Shown piece by piece: positions 44,133-57,770 of a stretch of 64,000 nt of DNA. Under the pieces are notes generated by a model. The model saw only the letters and a program-made list of their open reading frames with translations, made no database searches and had not been told where the DNA came from. Positions within the stretch are counted from its first letter, which is position 1, and every line of letters starts with the position of its first letter. A program made the position numbers and the translations under genes. The DNA is from an uncultured Gammaproteobacteria bacterium (GTDB lineage Bacteria > Pseudomonadota > Gammaproteobacteria > JACCXJ01): the NCBI GenBank assembly GCA_963764725.1, contig CAVXTM010000010.1:207989-271988 (forward strand), in the 5' to 3' direction.

Positions 44133-44553
44133 AAGTCACTGTCCACGGCGTCGATATCTTCCACCCGCAGACCGGCGAAGTCCGCAGCGACGGCCCCGAA
44201 GGCATCGCCTGCTGGTTCATCGACACCGACTACAACGAAGAGAGCTTCTTCGTCCGCCACGCCTACTTCCTCGGTGCCAACGATCCCTACAGCGCCCTGA
44301 AAACGACCCTCAAAGCCGAGATCAACGACGAGGCCTGGGCCACCCTCAACAGCGACACCTCCCGCGCCTTCGACAAACCGAAGTCCGGGCGGATCGCCGT
44401 AAAAGTCATCAACCACCTTGGGGATGAGGTGATGAAGGTGTTCCGTGTTTGACAAAGTCCATATTGCATTGTTCTTGCGTAAAATGGATCGGCTATTGGC
44501 GATATATTGCCCAAATAATTTTAAAGACCCTTACCACATTTCACTCGACAACT

Positions 44554-45303
44554 ATGGCTAGGCAGCGGCATCTAACTCACGCACCGATTACCGAGGCACT
44601 GATCAACCTTCACGTAGAACATCGAGGTGGCCTTTCGTTTACGGCGCTCCAAGACGCGTTCAGTACTTTGGACTTCGGGTATTACTTAAAGGGGCCAATT
44701 TCCCTCGGGACTTTTGGCTTCAAACTTACAACCGATGGTCAGCAGCCGCAGACGACAGCAGATGCCACACAAATAGGACTGCGATTACATTCGTCGGATG
44801 AAAAATACGTCGCACAATGCCGGCTCGCAGGATTTACGTTGAGCCGTCTGCCGCCGTATGAGGCATGGCCGATGTTGGTTCAGGAAACGAAACGTGTCTG
44901 GTCGGTCTACAGGGACCGATTGGCCCCATTACGCGTGACTCGTGTAGCCACCCGCTTTATTAACAATCTACAACTTCCACTGGAGCACGGGGCGTCATTT
45001 CAGACGTATTTACAAAAATTTGCGGACCTTCCGGATGAAGCGCCACAGGCGGTTGCTTCGTTTTTTCAGCGCTTTCAATTGGTGGATGTCGCGAGTAATG
45101 CCTCTGTAAACTTGACTCTGGCGCTCGAATCGATGTCACCAGGCAGACCAGCGCCGGTGATTCTAGACGTTGACGCGTTCAGTTTTACGGACTTGGACCC
45201 CATGGACGATAAACTTTGGGTGATTCTTGAGCACCTGAGGACGCTGAAGAACAACAGTTTTTTTGGTAGCTTAACTGAGCGAGCAGCGGAGTTATACGGA
45301 TGA
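44554..45303 (+). CDS. TIGR04255-like uncharacterised protein
   Basis: Motifs HAPITEAL, RLPPYEAW, RVATRFINNL, ILDVDAF, LRTLKNNSFFGSLT recalled from this family. Confidence 0.8.
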   Translation: MARQRHLTHAPITEALINLHVEHRGGLSFTALQDAFSTLDFGYYLKGPISLGTFGFKLTTDGQQPQTTADATQIGLRLHSSDEKYVAQCRLAGFTLSRLPPYEAWPMLVQETKRVWSVYRDRLAPLRVTRVATRFINNLQLPLEHGASFQTYLQKFADLPDEAPQAVASFFQRFQLVDVASNASVNLTLALESMSPGRPAPVILDVDAFSFTDLDPMDDKLWVILEHLRTLKNNSFFGSLTERAAELYG

Positions 45304-45848
45304 GTTTAGCCATTGCAATTGGTGATTCGCGTCTAGCTTGGGAGTTTGACTATGAACCCATTACAGACAGTAGTCGCGAGATTCAGCGGGCGTGGGCGCA
45401 GAAAAGAAATTACCTGCAAGGAAGCGCGTCAGATTGGTTTCCGACTACAGAAGCAGCTCTTGGTAACATTAAAAAAGAGTGTGGCAGGACGGACTGGGAC
45501 GGCAGTGGCGCGATTCCAGTGAGTGATCAAGTGATCGATCTTGCGGCGGAAATTGTAGGATCGTTGTTTACGATACTGCCCCGAGGCACACCGGCGCCTG
45601 ATCTCATACCGGAAGCTGACGGGGAGATTTGTCTAAGCTGGTCCATTGATGCCAGCCGGTTATTTTCATTGAGCGTGGGCGCGCACGACAAGATCAATTT
45701 CGCTGGTCAGTTCGGCAAGGAGGGCGGTATTCATGCCTGGCAGCCGATTGATGCGACGAGTCGCAGCAGTCTTGAAAAATCTCTTCAAGACGCTGCTCGG
45801 TACATTGGGCGTCTCTACGCGCCGGCTACCATTAACCGTAAGTCCTGA
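45300..45848 (+). CDS. Hypothetical protein (DWDGSGAIP and PDLIPEADGEICLSW motifs)
   Basis: 182-aa ORF coupled to the upstream gene by an ATGA overlap. Confidence 0.7.
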   Translation: MSLAIAIGDSRLAWEFDYEPITDSSREIQRAWAQKRNYLQGSASDWFPTTEAALGNIKKECGRTDWDGSGAIPVSDQVIDLAAEIVGSLFTILPRGTPAPDLIPEADGEICLSWSIDASRLFSLSVGAHDKINFAGQFGKEGGIHAWQPIDATSRSSLEKSLQDAARYIGRLYAPATINRKS

Positions 45849-46260
45849 CGAGAAAATAAGTAGCTTTGTGTTTCGTTCTGATCAAGTGGTCAAGAAAAGC
45901 CAGACGATCCATTATTCGCGTCTGAATGCCACGGCCCAATCCCGAGACTGGTCGGCGGGAAACGTCAGTATGCCGCTCGCAGCATCTAACAGAGGCCCAG
46001 GTCTGGGAGATTTGCTCGTTGCACTTTGATTCCCACGCGCCAAAGCCTGCTATAGGTCGTGGCGTTGGCCCCGCTGGAGCCGTGTTTCAGGTCGATTTGC
46101 ATTTTGACGCCGACGGTAAACCGTACCGGGAGCACGCTAACATAATTGGATGGCGTGACTCGGCGAATACCCCGTATGACGAACAGAAGCATTTTTGGAT
46201 GGACTAGGCTCAACGAATGGCACCCCACTTATCCTACGTGTCGCGCTTCAGGTCTGATTG
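45772..46260 (+). pseudogene. Hypothetical protein (ETSV...HANIIGW motifs) with a frameshift near 45925 and a TAG at 46205
   Basis: Stitching the 45733 and 45926 ORFs gives one coherent protein that overlaps the previous gene; start is uncertain. Confidence 0.55.
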
Positions 46261-46557
46261 ATTTCCGCGTCGCCGACAGCTTGACTGAACTCATCGGTGG
46301 GGGTCAGAAGGCGGTCAAGACCTTGCTGTTCGATCTGAAAATGGAACACGCCAATTTAGGCGCGATCCTTACATTTATTCGGACCGTAAGGTTTCATTCG
46401 ACCGATGGCGCGACCATGCGGTCAAGTAAGTGGACCGATTGCTCTGGCATCTGCGGGCAGTCTTCCCCGTTTGTCCAAGAGCTTTTGCACGAGCCTAGAC
46501 GCTTAAGAAGTGAACATGCGCCCTGGAAATTCTAGGGATCTAATAGCGGATCACCGA

Positions 46558-46908
46558 TCATTGGGCGGCTTCCCAGGCGGCATAACCGCCCGCCAGCGAA
46601 ACCACATTGGTGTAGCCCATGCGCTGCAGGGTGTGAGCTGCCAGGGCCGAGCGCCCGCCGCTTTGGCAATAGACCAGGGTCGCGGTCGCTGGATCTTGTA
46701 GTTGCGGCAGCGAGCCGATCCTGAATTCCAGTATACCCCGAGGAACATTGATCGCGCCCGGAATGGCACCGCGCTGAAACTCCTCCGGTTCGCGTACATC
46801 GAGAATTACGGTATTCGCGGGTTGCAGTAATTCACCCGCGCTTTCGAGCCCGACCTCGCGGATCTCTTGTTTAGCCGCTTGCACAAGCATCTGAGCGGTG
46901 ACAGACAT
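46558..46908 (-). CDS. Rhodanese-like domain protein
   Basis: LDVREPEEF, IPGAINVPRG, YCQSGGRS, LAGGYAAW. Confidence 0.93.
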   Translation of the reverse strand: MSVTAQMLVQAAKQEIREVGLESAGELLQPANTVILDVREPEEFQRGAIPGAINVPRGILEFRIGSLPQLQDPATATLVYCQSGGRSALAAHTLQRMGYTNVVSLAGGYAAWEAAQ

Positions 46909-47197
46909 GGCGTGCCTCCGTAGAAAAAGTTTTAAGCCCTAACCCAACGCTGTCGTATCCCATGGTGCATCGGGCGAACGGACATCATGGTACGCGGACG
47001 TTTGGGAAAAGGACATCGCGAACGGCGGTTGCCGGGCACTGGCAGCGCTGAGCTATCTAAATTGACTCCTAAGAAAGTGGTTTAAGTACGTATTAATAAT
47101 TCCTTATATCAAAGTGATATAGGTCTTATTTAAAGTTACTCACTCCATCGAAAATCGCTGTACCGATCCGCTCATATTTTGTTATCTTTAGGCACCA

Positions 47198-50100
47198 ATG
47201 AAGATTAGTCACATCAAGCTCTCCGGATTCAAGTCCTTCGTCGATCCGACCACGCTGCATCTGTCCAACAATCTTACCGGTATCGTCGGTCCCAACGGTT
47301 GCGGTAAATCGAATATCGTCGATGCGGTGCTTTGGGCGATGGGCGAGATCTCCGCCAAACACTTACGCGGAGACTCGATGGCGGATGTCATCTTCAATGG
47401 TTCCAATAGCCGCAAACCCGTCGGTCAGGCCACGGTCGAACTGGTGTTCGATAACTCCGAGGGCGGCTTTCTCGGCCAATACGCGGGGTACGCGGAAATC
47501 GCCATCAAACGGCAGGTCACCCGCGATGGCGGATCGGATTACTTTCTCAACGGCGTACGTTGTCGGCGGAAAGACATTACGGACCTGTTTCTAGGCACGG
47601 GGCTCGGCTCGCGCAGCTATGCCGTCATCGAGCAGGGGATGATTTCCCGGGTTGCGGAAGCCAAACCAGAGGAGTTGCGGGTGTTCATGGAAGAGGCGGC
47701 CGGCATCTCCAGATACAAGGAACGCCGGAAAGAGACCGAGGCTCGGATCCGCGACGCTAAGGGCAATATTGGTCGGCTCACCGATATCCGCGACGAGTTG
47801 GAAAAGCAGAATCTCCAAGCTCCAGCAGCAAGCGCGCGCCGCCGAGAAGTTTCAGCGCTTGAGAGACGAGGAACGGCGGTTGCGGGCGGAATCGATAGCA
47901 CTTACCTACCGCCGGCTTGAGCGCGAAGGCGACGAACACCGCTTGGTGACTCAAGCGCGGACGTTGGCCGTGGACGCCGCGATGGCGCAACTTCGTGAGA
48001 TCGAGCTCGGGACAGAGCAGACCCGTCAGGCCAGAGCCGCGGCGAATGACGGTTTTAATCAGGTGCAAGCGCGGTACTACAGCAGCGGAGCTGAAATTGC
48101 GCGCTTGGAGCAAGCGATCCAGCACTCCAAGGATCGCCAGCAGGCCTTGGAACAGGAACTGGAACGCCTCGGACAAGACCTTACGCGGGCGGAGGGGCAA
48201 ACGGTTGCGGACGCGGAGGCGTGTGCAAGCTTGAAAACGGAGATCGAACACCTCATCCCGCAGCATGGGCGCGCATCAGCGGAAGAGCGGGAAGCCGGGG
48301 CGCGGCTGCTTGCGCAAGAGACCCAGCTGCAAACACTGCAAACGGCGTTGGATACCCATGGCGCGGAGGCGACGCAGCTCTCCCGCGCCGAGAGCGCGGA
48401 GGGCGCGCACGTCCAACACTTAAGCCAAAGCCTCGGAGCGACTCGCGAGCGGCTGCGGGGGTTACGGTCTGACCTCAGTGCCTTGGCGTTGCGGGAGGAG
48501 GTTTCGTCCCTGGATTCGCTGAGCAGCGATCTCGCCGCGCTCGAATCCTACTACCAGGACTTGCAAGCGCGCAAAGCCGAGTTTCAGGCCTCGATCCGAG
48601 AGTTGCGCGAGCGACGCGATTGCCTCGGCAGTGAATTAAATGAGTTGCAGACCAAGTTGCAAGCCGCGATCGGACGGCGGGCGGCGTTGGAAGCGTTACG
48701 CGATGGCCAGGCGGGGGTTGATCTCGGCGCGGCGCGTGGCTGGCTGGAATCTCAAGGGGTCGTGAACCCCGGGCGCGTGGTCCAGGAGCTTGCCGTCGAT
48801 CCAGGCTGGGAGGTAGCCCTGGAGATGGTCCTGGGTGACTTTATTAATGCTTTTATATTCAAAGAAATTGATAGTATTTCTAATAAATTTGATACCTACG
48901 GCCAAGGGCTGCTCTGTGCCCTCGAATCGGCGGATGGCGAGTGCAAAGACAGAGGTCCGGAACCTCTTGCCGCAGAGTTATTGCTGAGCCGGGTAGGAGG
49001 ACCGCATCCCATCACCTGTCTTCTGGGCGGCGTGTATCTCGCCGAAGATGTGCCGGCGGCGCTGTCCTTACGGCCGCGTTTGCGCTCCGGGGAGTCGGTC
49101 GTGACGCGTAGCGGCGTGTGGCTCGGCTGCAACTGGATGAAATTGAAGCGCGCGGAGGGCGAAGACGGCGGTGCCCTGCGCGTGCAAAAGGACCTCAATG
49201 CCGCCTTGGAATGCGAGCATGGTTTCGCGGACCAGGGCGATGGGTGCGCGGCGCGCATGGCCGGCACGCGGCAGGCGTTGGCAGAAGCGGAGGAAGAACT
49301 CCGATCGCTGGAAGAACATCTCATCGATGCGCAAGGGCGGATCGGGCGTGCAAGGGAAAAGATCGCGGTGCGTCAGGCGGAACATGAGCACATTCGGATG
49401 CGGAACGAAACCCTGGGTGCGGAGTTGCGTGGGCTCGAAGAACGCGATCGAGCCGGCACGGCCGAGCTCGAGGCGGCGGAGGTTCGCTTGGAATCGATAC
49501 GCCGGGACCTCGACGCGCTCGAAGCCCGGCGGGCCGAGATCGCCACGAGCCGGGAGCAACAAAAAGCGCTGTTGCAAGGGGCGAAGGACGAGTGGCAAGG
49601 CGCTCGCGAACGCATGCACGAGATGGCGCTGCGGCTGGAGTCGATGCGCACCCGTTGCAGATCCCTAGAGCAAAGCTTTAACCGCAATCGCCTCCAAGTC
49701 GAGCAAATGAACGTGCGCCGCGACGAGTTAAAGGCCGCGCTCGGCCAGGCCGCGCAGCCCCGCGATGATCTCACGAAGGCGTTGCAGCAAGCCTTGGAAG
49801 AGCGGCTAGGGGTGGAAGCGGAGCTGGCTCAAGCGCGCGCGGACCTGCAGGCGCTCGATGCCCATCTGCGGGAGGGCGCGGAGCGTCGCGCCGAGACCGA
49901 ACGCGGCCTTCAGGGACTGCGCGATGTGCTCGAGCAAGCACGCGTGCACGAGGAAAGCTTGCGGGTGCGGATGCAGACCCAGCACGACTTGCTCGCTCCG
50001 ACCGGTCATACAATGGAGCAATTACTGCCCGGCCTCCCCGCCGAGGCCGATCCAGCCGCTTGGCAAGAGCGTCTAAGTCACGTCGAGCAGCGCATCGAGC

Positions 50101-50720
50101 GGCTCGGTCCCATCAACCTGGCGGCAGTGGACGAGTTCCAGCAACTGAGCGAGCGCAAGAAGTACCTCGACCATCAACACGCCGATCTTAGCGAAGCGCT
50201 GGCGACCTTGGACGACGCCATACGGCGGATGGATCGGGAGACGCGCGGGCGGTTTAAAGAGGTATTCGAGGCGGTCAATTTGCGCTTACAGTCGATGTTC
50301 CCGCGGCTCTTCGGCGGCGGGCAGGCCTATTTGGAGCTGACCGACGATGATCTCTTGGCAACGGGAATCACGTTGATGGCGCGCCCTCCGGGCAAACGCA
50401 ACACGACGGTGCATCTGCTCTCGGGCGGTGAAAAGGCATTAACGGCGCTCGCATTAGTGTTTGCGATCTTCGAGCTCAACCCGGCGCCGTTCTGTCTCCT
50501 CGACGAGGTGGACGCGCCCCTCGACGATGCCAATGCCGTGCATCTTTGCGACATGCTGCGCGCGATGTCGGAGAGCGTGCAGTTCCTATTCGTGACCCAC
50601 AATAAGACCACCATGGAGATCGCTGAACGCCTTATCGGGGTCACCATGCAGGAAGCGGGTGTCTCACGGCTCGTGGCCGTGGATATCGACGCAGCGGTAC
50701 GGCTGGCCGCAACGGCGTGA
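47198..50720 (+). CDS. smc: Chromosome segregation protein SMC (one apparent +1 frameshift near 47810)
   Basis: [14 protein letters not shown], coiled coils, hinge, [15 protein letters not shown]. Two ORFs join at GAAAAGCAGAATCTCC. Smc-zipA-ligA synteny. Confidence 0.95.
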
Positions 50721-50721
50721 T

Positions 50722-53476
<2,755 letters not shown>

Positions 53477-53527
53477 GGTGTCTTCGCCGAGACCGCCCGT
53501 AGGAATCAGTGCAACCGTAGATTAGGC

Positions 53528-53640
53528 ATGTCAGTGACCCGCAGTCAAAACGAAGCATTCTCCCGAGTCCTTATCGACAAGGCGCTTGAAGCTAGCGGCT
53601 GGAACTTACTCGACCCGCGGCCAGGTGCAGTTCGAGCTTG
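53528..53640 (+). pseudogene. N-terminal fragment of a type I restriction HsdR-like helicase
   Basis: MSVTRSQNEAFSRVLIDKALEASGWNLLDPR-(frameshift)-QVQFE resembles the HsdR N-terminal E..R..ID..L...GW motif; truncated by an IS91 remnant. Confidence 0.6.
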
Positions 53641-54084
53641 TGCCGCTGATTGATGGCAAGCCGCGTCTCGGCATGCAGACTAAAGCCCTGGGCGTTAACG
53701 CAGCGTTGCGCGGTGGCGGGCATTACGGGGAGTGGCGCCGCGGTGGACAATCTGCAAAACCGGCGTGAGCACCTCCGGATGGGCGGCGAAGAGCACGCGC
53801 AGCGGGATGGGAAACGACAGCACCCACTGCCGCACGGGCACCCGCCACAGTCGCCGCAGCGTAGGCGGAGAAAGCCGTGGGCTAGCTAGGATGCCGCATT
53901 CTAGAAAGGCCTCGAACTCGGCTTTGACGAACTCGGGCAAACCGGCCCCGGTCTCGGCTTCGACTTGGGCTACGAAGGTTTCGAGATGCTCTTGGACCAG
54001 CTGGTAGAGGACGGTTTCTTCGGGACGCCGCCGTTCGTAGTGGATGCGCCTTTCAGCCGGCGCCGGCCGCGCTGCGTGGTCCAT
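53641..54084 (-). pseudogene. IS91/ISCR-family transposase remnant with internal deletions
   Basis: YERRRPEETVLYQLVQEHLETF, EFEAFLECGILA, PVRQWVLSFPIPLR. Confidence 0.82.
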
Positions 54085-54743
54085 CGTCCTTGAACCCCTG
54101 TCCTTCCTTGACGGCCATCGGTATTGACAGCCGATCCTATGCTTCCCTCCGTAAAACCCGGGTGATCAGGCGTCGAAAGCGGGAAAGTCCAGTTCTCCGG
54201 GGGTAGCTAACAGGGTAGAGAACTTAATGAAAACTTTCAATCCATCGATAGGCCAAATCTCCAAGGGCCTTTCCTGAACGGCCGCTTCACTTGCATCGAC
54301 GCTCCGCAGTTGTGCGAACCTGAATGACCCAAAGTGGCCGACCGCTGCCATTATTGAAAGAAAGAATGCAACGGGAAGCGGGGCATGCGCCCATGGGGTC
54401 AACCCAAACGCACGGCGAGCGGCATGACGAGGGACTGCAATACCCTTGTGACACGAATGTTATTCCGTGCAGTGCTGATTGGACTCGTCCCCTGAAACGG
54501 GACGATCGGCCTGGCGGCGTTCGTGCTAACGCGACGTAGAGATACGTGAAGGGTCGGCAAGAATAGTCAAGAAATTCCGCGCACAATTTCTTTCCAGGGG
54601 ACATCCGCTGGCTGAAAACCAGGTACTCGCTTACAGCAACGACCTGATTTGTCGCCTACTGCTATAGCGCTACGAGAATTGTGCGACGACGACTAATACA
54701 AAAAGCTACAATTAGTCTAGATAATCCCTGTAACCTAATGATT

Positions 54744-54789
54744 TGGCGCGCCCGGAGGGACTCGAACCCCGACCCCCTGGTTCGAAGCC
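54744..54789 (-). other. 3' half of tRNA-Arg(UCG); probable att site of an integrative element
   Basis: Reverse complement GGCTTCGAACCAGGGGGTCGGGGTTCGAGTCCCTCCGGGCGCGCCA has the anticodon loop, T-loop and CCA; no D-arm or 5' acceptor strand upstream. Confidence 0.85.
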
Positions 54790-55051
54790 GGATGTGCTAA
54801 TTAGGTGTTTTATTCGAATATACAGTTAGTTACGAAAGCCGCCCTGTGCTATTTTTGAGACTTCATCAACGATAACTATCAATAAGTTACGTTTTCCGAT
54901 ATCTGTTGAATAGCACAGTTGCCCTAGCGTGACTCCGCCGCCACCGGACGAACGCCCCCCGGGTCGTGCACCGGACGCGGAAGCGGGCGCCTCCCACGAC
55001 ACCATGGGACCGGCTGTTCTTTAGTCTGTGCTCACTGTGGATTGCCCCTAG

Positions 55052-56612
55052 CAGCCTGTCGGACTTAACGTTGAACTTTTAATGTTCGGATCGATCAGAT
55101 CGACAAACGTTTTGATGAGCGAGAATCGATGAGCCACTTCCGTCAAAGTGATCGCGATACCCAGTATCTTCTGCCGCCATCGATGGATGAATGGTTGCCC
55201 AAGGACCATCTGGCGCGCTTTGTGGTGGACATTGTCGAGCAGTTGGACCTGTCGGCGCTGATCCGCCAGTATCGCGGCGCAGGCTCGGCGGCGTATCACC
55301 CGGGGGTGCTGTTGGCGCTGCTGATCTACGGCTATGCCACCGGCACCTTCGGTAGCCGGCGCATCGAGCAGGCCTCCCATGACTCGGTCGCGTTTCGCTA
55401 CATCGCCGCCAATACCCATCCCGATCACGACACGCTGTGCGCATTCCGCAAGCGGTTCCTGCCCGAAATCGAGCGGCTGTTCGTCGAGGTCCTGCGCGTC
55501 GCCAAGCAAATGAAGCTGCTGAAGCTCGGGACGATTGCGCTGGATGGGACGAAGATCCACGCCAATGCCTCGCGCCACAGCGCACTGTCCTACGGGCACG
55601 CGCAGAGGATCGAGACGCAGTTGCAGGAGGAAGTCAAAGAGCTGCTGGCGCGGGCCGAGCACGCCGATGCCGAGCCGTTGCCCGAGGGGCTGACTATTCC
55701 CGAGGAGTTGGCCCGGCGTGAAGTGCGGTTGAAAGCGATCCAGGAAGCGAAAGCCGAGATTGAGGCGCGCGCCGCGGAGCGTCTCGCCGCCGAGCAGGCC
55801 GAGTACGAGGCGAAGGTGAAGGCGCGCGCAGACAAAGAAGAACACACCGGCAAAAAACCCCGGGGCAAATCTCCGACACCGCCCGGCGCCGGTCCGCGCG
55901 CTGAGGACCAAGTCAACCTCACCGATCCGGACTCGCGTATCATGCCCGCCGCCGGCGGAGCATTCGAGCAGAGCTACAACGCCCAAGCGGCCGTGGATGT
56001 TGACACGATGCTGGTGGTGGCCACCACCTTGACGCAGGCCGCCAACGATAAGCAGCAGGTGGCCCCGATGGTCGAAGTGCTCGCTGAGCTGCCCGCCGAA
56101 ATCGGGACGGTCGACACCGTGCTCGCCGACAACGGCTACTTCAGCGAAGCGAACGTCACGACCTGTATCGAGGCGGGTATCGAGCCGCTGTTGGCGGCAG
56201 GGCGCGAGTCCCATCACCTGCAGTGGCAGGAACGTTTTACCGAGCCGGCGCCGTTGGCCGATGACGCCGACGCCGTGCAGCGGATGAAGCACGAACTGAA
56301 GACCCGGCCGGGCGCGCACGGTATGGGCTGCGCAAACAGACGGTGGAACCGGTATTCGGCATCATCAAGGCGGTGATGCGGTTCAGGCAATTTCTGCTGC
56401 GTGGGTTGGATGCGGTGCGCGGGGAGTGGTCGTTAGTGGCGATGGCGTGGAATATCCGCCGAATGGCGGTATTGCGGGGCTGAAAAGGAGGAACGGGGCT
56501 TTCCCACCGTCAATTCCGGCCGTTTATACTGCTCAATGAACACTCGATCCGTGATCCCACCGTTCAGCACGCCCGCCACCGCTTCAATTGGAAACCTAAC
56601 TCCGACAGGCTG
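55052..56612 (+). mobile_element. IS1182-family insertion sequence
   Basis: TIRs CAGCCTGTCGGA/TCCGACAGGCTG flanked by CTAG on both sides (55048-55051 and 56613-56616). Confidence 0.92.
55129..56483 (+). CDS. IS1182-family transposase (frameshift near 56310)
   Basis: LLPPSMDEWLPKDHLARF, PDHDTL, IALDGTK, TDPDSR, LADNGY; the RKQTVEPVFGIIK tail is in a shifted frame ending at TGA 56483. Confidence 0.9.
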
Positions 56613-57030
56613 CTAGCCGTCGGAACAAGATCTCGGTCGTGTTCCGTCCTTCAACCTTCCAGCGTTTTCACGATGTACTCGTCAAGTGCAAGTATCGGCT
56701 ACTATTCAATGCGAAAGGACGGGGATTCATTGGTACGGGCGGCGACTGTTAGCGGATTCTGCAATGCTTTTGGTATGCGGCGATGAGAAGCAGAAAACGT
56801 GGCAAGCACTGCCACGTTCCGCCCCCTTTATGGCCGCTCCAAACAACACCGACCTTTTGTATTCGGCGAACAGGCCACCAGCAGATAAGTATTCCTAGTT
56901 ATAGAAGTATACCTTTCCTAACTTCTTCCCTTGAAGGCGTAGACAATCCCCCCGATTGTCGGGAGCGATAGCGCCCCCCGTGACCTGTGCCTGAAAGACG
57001 CGGGAAAGTAGACTTTTAGCCTTGCCGCAA

Positions 57031-57065
57031 ATAGTGTTGCCATGTGAATATATGCACTATACACT
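57031..57065 (+). promoter_or_regulatory. Predicted sigma70 promoter and operator of higBA
   Basis: TTGCCA-17 nt-TACACT (57037-57065), overlapped by the IR ATAGTG...CACTAT (57031-57060). Confidence 0.55.
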
Positions 57066-57071
57066 GAAAGC

Positions 57072-57350
57072 ATGATACGGAGTTTTCGACACAAGGGGCT
57101 GAAACGGCTTTTTGAGAACGACGACCGCAGCAAGGTTAGCGCTCAGGACGTGGACAAGCTGGCCCGCATCCTCGCCCGTTTGAATCGGTCCCGTGTGCCG
57201 GAGGACATGGCAGCTCCCGGCTTCCGGCTTCACCCCCTGAAAGGGGGCCGGAAAGGCTTTTGGGCCGTCACCGTAAGGGCTAACTGGCGCATCGTTTTCA
57301 GGATTGAGAACGGCGACGCCTGCGACGTTGATTTAATCGACTACCACTAG
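57072..57350 (+). CDS. higB: HigB (RelE/ParE family) toxin
   Basis: MIRSFRHKGLKRLF, FRLHPLKG, WAVTVRANWRIVF, DYH. Confidence 0.93.
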   Translation: MIRSFRHKGLKRLFENDDRSKVSAQDVDKLARILARLNRSRVPEDMAAPGFRLHPLKGGRKGFWAVTVRANWRIVFRIENGDACDVDLIDYH

Positions 57351-57359
57351 GAGGACACC

Positions 57360-57671
57360 ATGCGTATGAAGAACCCGCCCCATCCCGGCAAGCATGTGAA
57401 GCTGGATTGCCTTGAGCCTTTGGGCCTGAGCATCACGAAGGGAGCCGAGATTTTGGGCGTTACCCGCTTGACCCTGAGCAATCTCGTGAACGGCAAGAAC
57501 GGCATCAGCCCGGAAATGGCGCTGCGCCTTTCCAAGGCTTTTGGCGGCAGCCCCGAAGTATGGCTTGGGATGCAGATGGACTACGACCTGGCACAAGCAG
57601 AGAAAAACGCCCCGAAGCTGAAAGTTACGAGGGTATGGCCGCAAGGCAAGCTGGAGCCGGTCAGCCTGTAG
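57360..57671 (+). CDS. higA: HigA antitoxin (HTH)
   Basis: PPHPG, ISPEMALRLSKAFG, WLGMQ..YDL; follows the toxin gene. Confidence 0.93.
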   Translation: MRMKNPPHPGKHVKLDCLEPLGLSITKGAEILGVTRLTLSNLVNGKNGISPEMALRLSKAFGGSPEVWLGMQMDYDLAQAEKNAPKLKVTRVWPQGKLEPVSL

Positions 57672-57770
57672 CGTTCTAAAAGCACCGTCTAAACAGGGTG
57701 CACCCGGATCAGTTCGTGAACTGAATGTATAATCAGTACCATCTGGTTCAACGCCGATGTGCATCGCTAC

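Noticed and set aside
47101-47125. Palindrome TATATCA-AAG-TGATATA upstream of smc
   Set aside because: It could be an operator, but a 7-bp IR in AT-rich DNA is too weak to call and I cannot assign a regulator.
47790-47830. smc as a pseudogene or programmed frameshift
   Set aside because: It is a single extra base in an otherwise intact core gene, with no slippery site, in a sequence that has many similar indels; most likely a sequencing error.
54744-54820. Complete tRNA gene
   Set aside because: The 5' acceptor strand and D-arm are missing; only the 3' half is present.
55048-56319. 423-aa antisense ORF
   Set aside because: It mirrors the IS1182 transposase on the opposite strand and has no recognisable motifs.
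56617-57770. Integron cassette array around higBA
   Set aside because: No integron integrase and no convincing attC (RYYYAAC...GTTRRRY) stem structures were found.
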